The notes beneath the pieces were generated by a model. That model was given only the letters and a program-made list of their open reading frames with translations, was not told the origin of the DNA and searched no databases. 64,000 nt of DNA from Dehalococcoidia bacterium. Lineage in GTDB: Bacteria > Chloroflexota > Dehalococcoidia > Bin125. Both the position numbers and the translations under genes were made by a program. The stretch is taken from positions 2,023,043 to 2,087,042 of the forward strand of contig OZ220495.1 of assembly GCA_965116225.1 (NCBI GenBank). The letters run 5' to 3'. Below, piece after piece: positions 58,427-64,000 of the stretch; position 1 is the stretch's first letter; each line of letters begins with the position of its first letter.

Positions 58427-59205
58427 CCCAGCGCCCCCTGCGGCGGGATCTGCTGATCAGCGTTGCCGCGCCGTCGCTGCTCGTGCTGATGGTGCTCGTC
58501 GGCTGGCAGACATACGTGTGGCTCTCAGACATCCGACCGCAGGTGCTGCCCGGCCCGATCCGAATTATCCGCGAGAGCGTCGAATCGGCGGACGCGATCT
58601 GGAGCCACTCGCTGGTGACCATGTCCGAGGTTGCGGCTGGGTTTGGGATCAGCATCGCCTGCGCGCTGGCGCTGGGGCTGTTGCTGGATGTCTCGACGCC
58701 GGTCCGACGCGCGTTGTATCCGATTATCGTCGCCTCGCAGACCGTGCCGATACCCGTGATCGCGCCGCTCATGATCGTCTGGTTCGGCTTCGGCGCGACG
58801 CCGAAAATCATCGTGATCGGGCTCTTCACCTTTGTCCCGATTGTGCTGGGCTTTGCCGCCGGACTGGCCGCCACCGAGCGCGTGCCGATTGACCTGATGC
58901 GCACGTTCGGCGCGTCGCGCTGGCAGATCTATCGCTACGTCAAGATTCCTGCGGCGCTACCGGATCTGTTCACCGGCCTGCGCATCGCCGCGATCTATGC
59001 AGTGCTCGGCGCGATCTTCGGCGAGCTTGCGGGCGCCACTGACGGCCTGGGCATCTTCCTCGAGCAGTCGCGACTCTCATTTCGCACCGATCTCGTCTTT
59101 GGCGCCATCTTCGTGGTCGCGCTGATGAGTTACGTGCTCTTCCTGTCCGTCGTGCTGATCGAGCGGCGGGTTATCCCCTGGCATTTCCAGAGGCGCGAGA
59201 CATGA
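58423..59205 (+). CDS. ABC transporter permease (ThiX-like)
   Basis: SQT.P...IAPL...WFGFG, EAA-loop-like FGASRWQIY..VK.PAALP. Confidence 0.9.
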   Translation: MTQRPLRRDLLISVAAPSLLVLMVLVGWQTYVWLSDIRPQVLPGPIRIIRESVESADAIWSHSLVTMSEVAAGFGISIACALALGLLLDVSTPVRRALYPIIVASQTVPIPVIAPLMIVWFGFGATPKIIVIGLFTFVPIVLGFAAGLAATERVPIDLMRTFGASRWQIYRYVKIPAALPDLFTGLRIAAIYAVLGAIFGELAGATDGLGIFLEQSRLSFRTDLVFGAIFVVALMSYVLFLSVVLIERRVIPWHFQRRET

Positions 59206-59804
59206 TCCTCCACCGGCTGATGCTGATCGCCGATCAACAGGGAACAGCCGGTCGACCACTGCCCGACGTGATCGTGCGCGCCGCTCACGGCGTTGGCGGT
59301 CGACTCATGGTGCAGTTTCGGGGGCGTGAGATGCGCGATGTTGAGTTGATCGCCGTCATTCGGGCGGTGCAGCGACGGATGCCGCCGCTGACCACGTTGA
59401 TCGTCAACAATCGCCCCGATATTGCGCAGGCGCTGCATATCGGACTTCATCTGCCAGCTGCTATAGGTCCGCCCGCGCACCGCGCGCCGCTGTTAGGTCG
59501 GTCGGCGCACAACGGGGATGAGGCGCGGCATGCGCTCGCCGACGCCGTCGACTATGCGATCATCGGCACGATATTCGAGACTGCATCGCATCCGGGACGA
59601 GCGGGCGCTGGATTGACGCACCTGAGCGAGATGCGTGATCTGCTCGGCGACACGCCGAGTTACGCCATCGGCGGCATCGACACGGACAACGCGCCGCTCG
59701 CTATTGAGGCCGGTGCCTGGGGCGTCGCGTCGCGCAGCGCCATCCTCAGCGCCGATGATCCCGCTGAAGCCGCCAGGCGGCTGCATAGTAGCCTGATCAT
59801 ATGA
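59202..59804 (+). CDS. ThiE-like TIM-barrel protein (TenI thiazole tautomerase or second ThiE)
   Basis: VQFR, LIVN.RPDIA, GLHL, GRSAH, IFET.SHPG, AIGGI; SxH and SHPG are TenI-like. Confidence 0.7.
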   Translation: MILHRLMLIADQQGTAGRPLPDVIVRAAHGVGGRLMVQFRGREMRDVELIAVIRAVQRRMPPLTTLIVNNRPDIAQALHIGLHLPAAIGPPAHRAPLLGRSAHNGDEARHALADAVDYAIIGTIFETASHPGRAGAGLTHLSEMRDLLGDTPSYAIGGIDTDNAPLAIEAGAWGVASRSAILSADDPAEAARRLHSSLII

Positions 59805-59952
59805 CCGCCCACGCGCCAGCACGCCCGACACGACCGTTGCGGCATATAATCGAGGGTGACGCGCCGTCCCGGTTCCGCTCAGTCAGCCGCGCCCGCGCCA
59901 TGCTCAGCAACGGGCGTCACGCGCTCGAACCGTTAGCCGACGACCTGCGGGC

Positions 59953-62764
59953 GTGCTGCAGGACCCGGCGGATGTCCTGATCGACCGTCCATCGCGGCTG
60001 CTCTACGCCACCGACGCTTCGCTGTACGAGATGGAGCCGGTTGCGGTCGTGTTCCCCCGAACGCAGGCGGACGCCGCCGCCGCGGTGGATGTTGCGCGAT
60101 CGCACGGTGTGCCGTTGCTGCCGCGCGGCAGCGGTACGAGCTTGGCCGGGCAGGGCGTCAACCACGCGGTGGTGCTCGACTTCACCCGGCACATGCATGC
60201 GGTGTTGGATATCGATCCTGATCGTCGACTCGCCCGAGTACAGCCCGGCCTCGTGCTCTCGGAGTTGAACAAGACGGCCCGACGTTACGGGTTGCACTAT
60301 CCCATCGATCCCTCGACCGCGAACCGCACCACGATCGGAGGCGGGATCGGTAACAACTCCTGCGGCACGCATAGCGGGCTGTACGGTAAGACGGTCGATG
60401 TAGTCGAGTCGATGGACGTGATCCTGTCCGATGGCGAGGCGCTGAGCTTCGAGCACGTCGATGTGCGCCAGCTGAGCGCCCTCGCCGACGCTGGCGCTCG
60501 CGAGGGCCGTCTCTACTGAGACCTGCGCGAGCTTGCCGAGCGATCGCGCGACGAGATCGTCGCCCGTTTCCCCGATATCCCCCGTCGCGTTTCCGGCTAC
60601 AACCTCGACGCACTGCTTGATCCGGATAGCGTCAATCTCTCGCAGATGGTGGTGGGCTCCGAAGGCATGCTCGCCGCATTGCCAGCTCGGCGCGGTATTC
60701 TAGCGGCGCATTTCCACACGCTGATCGAGGCGGCCGAGGCGACCGTCGTCGCCAACGTGCACAGCCCGGCCACGATCGAGCTCGTCGACGACATCATCAT
60801 CGAGCGCTGCCGTTCCAGTGTGGGCTATGCGCCGCTGGCGAGCTTCGTCGTCGGGGATCCGGTGCCGTCCTGCTGATCGAGTGTTTCGCCGATTCCGACG
60901 CTACGCTCAGAGATCAGTCGAGAACGATTGGGGCTGATCTACAGTCTCGCGGTCTGGGCTACGCCCATGTCGCGGAGACAGAACTGGCCGCGCAGGCGCA
61001 AATGTGGCAGATGCGACAGGCTGGGCTGGGCCTGCTGATGTCGATGCGCGGCGACCCAAAGCCGGCCGCGTTCGTCGAGGATACCGCAGTGCCTCCCGAG
61101 CGCCTGCCCAAGTTCGTCGCCCGCTTCGACGCCGCTGTTCGAGCCAAAGGACTGCGCGCCGGTTACTATGGTCACGCAGCGGCTGGCTGCCTGCATATCC
61201 GACCGGTGGTCAACGTGAAGGACGCCGTCGGCCTGGAACAGACCGAGGCACTCGCCAGCGAGATCGCCGACCTTGTCGTGGACGGCGGATCGCTCTCGGG
61301 CGAGCATGGCGACGGTATTGTGCGCGGCGCGTTCATGGAGAGGATGTTCGGCCCGCGTCTTGTCGACGTCTTTCGAGAGGCCAAGCAGATATTCGACCCC
61401 GACGGCCTGCTCAATCCCGGCAAGATTATCGACATGCCGCCGTTCCGCGACAATCTGCGGCTGAGCCCGGAGACGGCCAACGCCGAACCGGTCGGCTGGC
61501 TCGACTTCAGTGCTGAGGGCGGGATCGCCCGCGCGGCCGAGATGTGCAACGGTCAGGGTACCTGTCGCAAGCTCGACGGCGCGATGTGCCCCTCGTTCAG
61601 GTCACCCAGGACGAAGAGCATTCGACGCGCGGGCGAGCCAACCTGCTGCCCCAGATCCTCAATGGCGCGATGCCGTTGGAGGAGTTGTCGGGCGATCGGC
61701 TGCGCGACGCCCTCGACCTGTGCGTCGAGTGCAAGGCCTGTAAAGCCGAATGTCCGTCCGGTGTCGACCTGGCCAAGATCAAGCATGAAGTGTTGGCCCA
61801 TCGCCATCAGTCACATCGGATCTCGTTGCGCGATCGCGCCTTCGCGCAGATTACGTCGTTGCTCAAGCTCGGCTCACTGGCACCTGGAACGGCCAACGTG
61901 CTCGCCGCGTCGGCACCGACGCGCAGGCTCCTCTCTCTGGCCGGCGTGCACCCCGCGCGTCCCCTGCCGAGACTCGCCCGACGGCGCTTTGATCGGTGGT
62001 TCCAGGACCGAACCGCGCCGCCGTCGAGCCGTGGCGATGTCGCGCTCTTCGACGACACCTTCACCAACTTTGTCCATCCCGAAGTCGGTATCGTCGCCAC
62101 ATAGATCATCGAGGCGCTGGGCTACCGGGTGCTGCGCGTGGCGCATCGTCGCTGTTGCGGTAGGCCGGCGATCTCAAAGGGATTCCTCGATCATGCGCGG
62201 TTGATGGCGCAGGCGAACGTCGACGCGCTGCGCGATCACGCGGTTGCCGGTACGTCCATCGCCGGCGTCGAGTCGTCCTGCCTTTTGACGTTGCGCGACG
62301 AGTATCCACTGCTGCTGCGGAATGCGGCGGCGCGAGCCAGGCGCTCCTGTTCGACGAGTGGCTCGCGCGCGAGCTGGAGCGGGACGACGTCACCGAGATA
62401 TTCGTCGGCGACCACGGCCAATTGCTGCTGCATACGCACTGCCATCAGAAGGCGCTCGCGGGACTCCAGCCGATGCTGACGGTCCTGAGACGGGCCGGTT
62501 ACGAACCGCGCGCGATTGAAAGCGGCTGCTGCGGGATGGCGGGCTCGTTCGGTCGAAGTCGAGCACTACGAGATGTCGCGGCAGATGGGCGAGCTACGTC
62601 TGTTCCCCGTGATCCGCGCCGAGCGGGATGTTCCCGTCGCCGTGACCGGCGTCTCCTGCCGACAGCAGATCGGTCATCACACGGATGCGCGGCCGCGACA
62701 CGTGGTCGAGTACCTGGCCGACGCGCTGAGCGAGCACCGCGCGGATCGCACGCCGATCGGGTGA
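59953..62764 (+). pseudogene. FAD-binding oxidoreductase / 4Fe-4S fusion (GlcD-GlcF/YdiJ-like), decayed
   Basis: YATDAS.Y, PRGSGTSLAGQ, GSEG, SGEHGDG, C.G.G.C, MCPSF, C.ECK.CK.ECP, HTHCHQ, GCCGMAG; stops at 60517 (TGA) and 62101 (TAG), several frameshifts and a small deletion. Confidence 0.9.
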
Positions 62765-62779
62765 CGTGAACGAACTCGT

Positions 62780-62855
62780 TGGTGCCGAGGGGCAGAATCG
62801 AACTGCCGACACCACGATTTTCAGTCGTGTGCTCTACCAACTGAGCTACCTCGGC
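62780..62855 (-). tRNA. tRNA-Phe(GAA)
   Basis: 76-nt GCCGAGGTAGCTCAGTTGGTAGAGCACACGA CT GAA AA TCGTG...GTTCGATTC...CCA. Confidence 0.97.
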
Positions 62856-62938
62856 GCGATAGCTGACCTAGCATATACCCTGCTACCGCGTTGCGCCCGA
62901 CTGTCTTATTCTACGTTCTTGCGCGTTCGCCGTACCGC

Positions 62939-63634
62939 TTAGGCCCCGCGCATACCCTGCACGGTCGGCATCACCACGAGGCGAACGTCCTCAAACACAT
63001 GCTCGATCGTCCCGCGCGCGTCGACCACGTCCCAGCCGTAGCGCTCGGCCATCTCCGACATCTCGCGCAGCTGCTCGCGCTGATGCTGCATGAAGCCGTC
63101 ATAGATGCTGCGGTCGTGCAAATAGTCGCCGCCTGATTCCCAGAAATCGAAGCCGCGCTCCAGTACGCGGAGCACCAGGTCTTCGGCGTCGATGTCGAGG
63201 TACACCACCTGGTCGGGAATCAGCGCGAATCCGTAAATCTGCTCCAACCACTCGCGCGGCGCACCGCGCGCAATCGCCCGCGCCATCAGCGAGAAGATGT
63301 AACGGTCGGCCAGCACGACCATTCCCGCCTGCAGCGCGGGCAGCATAATCCGCTCGAAGCGATCCCAGAAATCGGTGGCGTAGAACAGGTTCAGCGTGAT
63401 CGGATCTAACGTGTGACCTGCTTTGGCCTGATCGATACCAGGACCGACGAGCGGTGAACGCCGCAGTCCGCTGTCGACCACACCCCAACCGCTGGCTTCG
63501 AGGTAGTCTTTGAGGATCGAGATCATCGTCGAGCGACCGACGCCGTCGGTACCCTCGATCACAATCAGGCGGCCCGGCAGCCAGTCCTGCTCAATGCCCG
63601 GCGGCGGTTCGCCATAGAACCTGACCTCAGTCAC
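62939..63634 (-). CDS. Thymidylate-kinase-like P-loop kinase (P-loop GVGRST)
   Basis: LIVIEGTDGVGRST, LFYATDF.DR, LADRY.F; GTG start overlaps the upstream stop. Confidence 0.85.
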   Translation of the reverse strand: MTEVRFYGEPPPGIEQDWLPGRLIVIEGTDGVGRSTMISILKDYLEASGWGVVDSGLRRSPLVGPGIDQAKAGHTLDPITLNLFYATDFWDRFERIMLPALQAGMVVLADRYIFSLMARAIARGAPREWLEQIYGFALIPDQVVYLDIDAEDLVLRVLERGFDFWESGGDYLHDRSIYDGFMQHQREQLREMSEMAERYGWDVVDARGTIEHVFEDVRLVVMPTVQGMRGA

Positions 63635-64000
63635 GAGCGGCCTCCGGCGGCCGGTGCCGCGAACCCGATCTGCAGGTGCGTCGGCACTGTGGAAAGCTCT
63701 CGTCGCGGCAAGTCCTCGATCAGCGGCTGCACCAGCGCCCGCACCAGCTTCTGCTGATTGAGCAGCGAATCGGATGCGTCGATTCGGGTGATTTCGTACT
63801 CCTTGCACAGCACGTCGTATTCGTCCAGGATGCGCCCCTGGAATAGGCGGAACGACTCGGTCAGATCATCGGAAAGTCCGAGGTCCATGCCTGCCTCGTA
63901 GAACTTGATCTCGGCCCGGGCCGCGGCGATGCGGCGAATCGACTCATCTAGCGACACGTGGAAGTAGAGCGCCAGATTCGGTGGCGGCGCAAATGCGTAC
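63631..64000 (-). CDS. Second thymidylate-kinase-like protein (5' part outside window)
   Basis: YAFAPPPNLALYFHV..DES..RI...KFYEAGMD; frame is open to the window edge. Confidence 0.7.
   Translation of the reverse strand, partial: YAFAPPPNLALYFHVSLDESIRRIAAARAEIKFYEAGMDLGLSDDLTESFRLFQGRILDEYDVLCKEYEITRIDASDSLLNQQKLVRALVQPLIEDLPRRELSTVPTHLQIGFAAPAAGGRS

Noticed and set aside
60517-60519. In-frame TGA as a second selenocysteine
   Set aside because: Aligns with an Arg-type position, has no Cys/Sec motif or hairpin, and lies in a gene with many other lesions.

Overview
High-GC bacterial chromosome segment. The short EF-Ts, monoderm-style lipoproteins and many SDR, CoA-transferase, amidohydrolase and ferritin-like paralogs suggest Chloroflexota/Dehalococcoidia (SAR202-like); this is an inference. 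Housekeeping blocks: rpsB-tsf-pyrH-frr-uppS-cdsA-dxr-rseP, nrtR-nadABC with an NrtR box, miaB, sucCD, tRNA-Ser(GCT), tRNA-Phe(GAA), and an 11-gene thiamine operon behind a TPP riboswitch. Accessory content: a copper/cytochrome c module (lipoprotein, CopC, beta-propeller, CopC-CopD-cytochrome c fusion) followed by a ferritin-like diiron gene pair, an acyl-CoA catabolic cluster, a lower-GC type II restriction-modification insert, and three pseudogenes. Most notable: (1) a diiron pair with one intact and one ligand-degenerate subunit, like an alpha/beta oxygenase, behind the copper module; (2) a circularly permuted CcdA; (3) an unannotated UGA-recoded PrdB/GrdB-like selenoprotein with a UxxC motif and a SECIS-like hairpin 11 nt after the UGA; (4) an RseP with two LysM domains and an extra PDZ; (5) tandem thymidylate-kinase-like genes. 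No CRISPR array, integrase or transposase was seen. Product calls come from motif recognition, not database searches.
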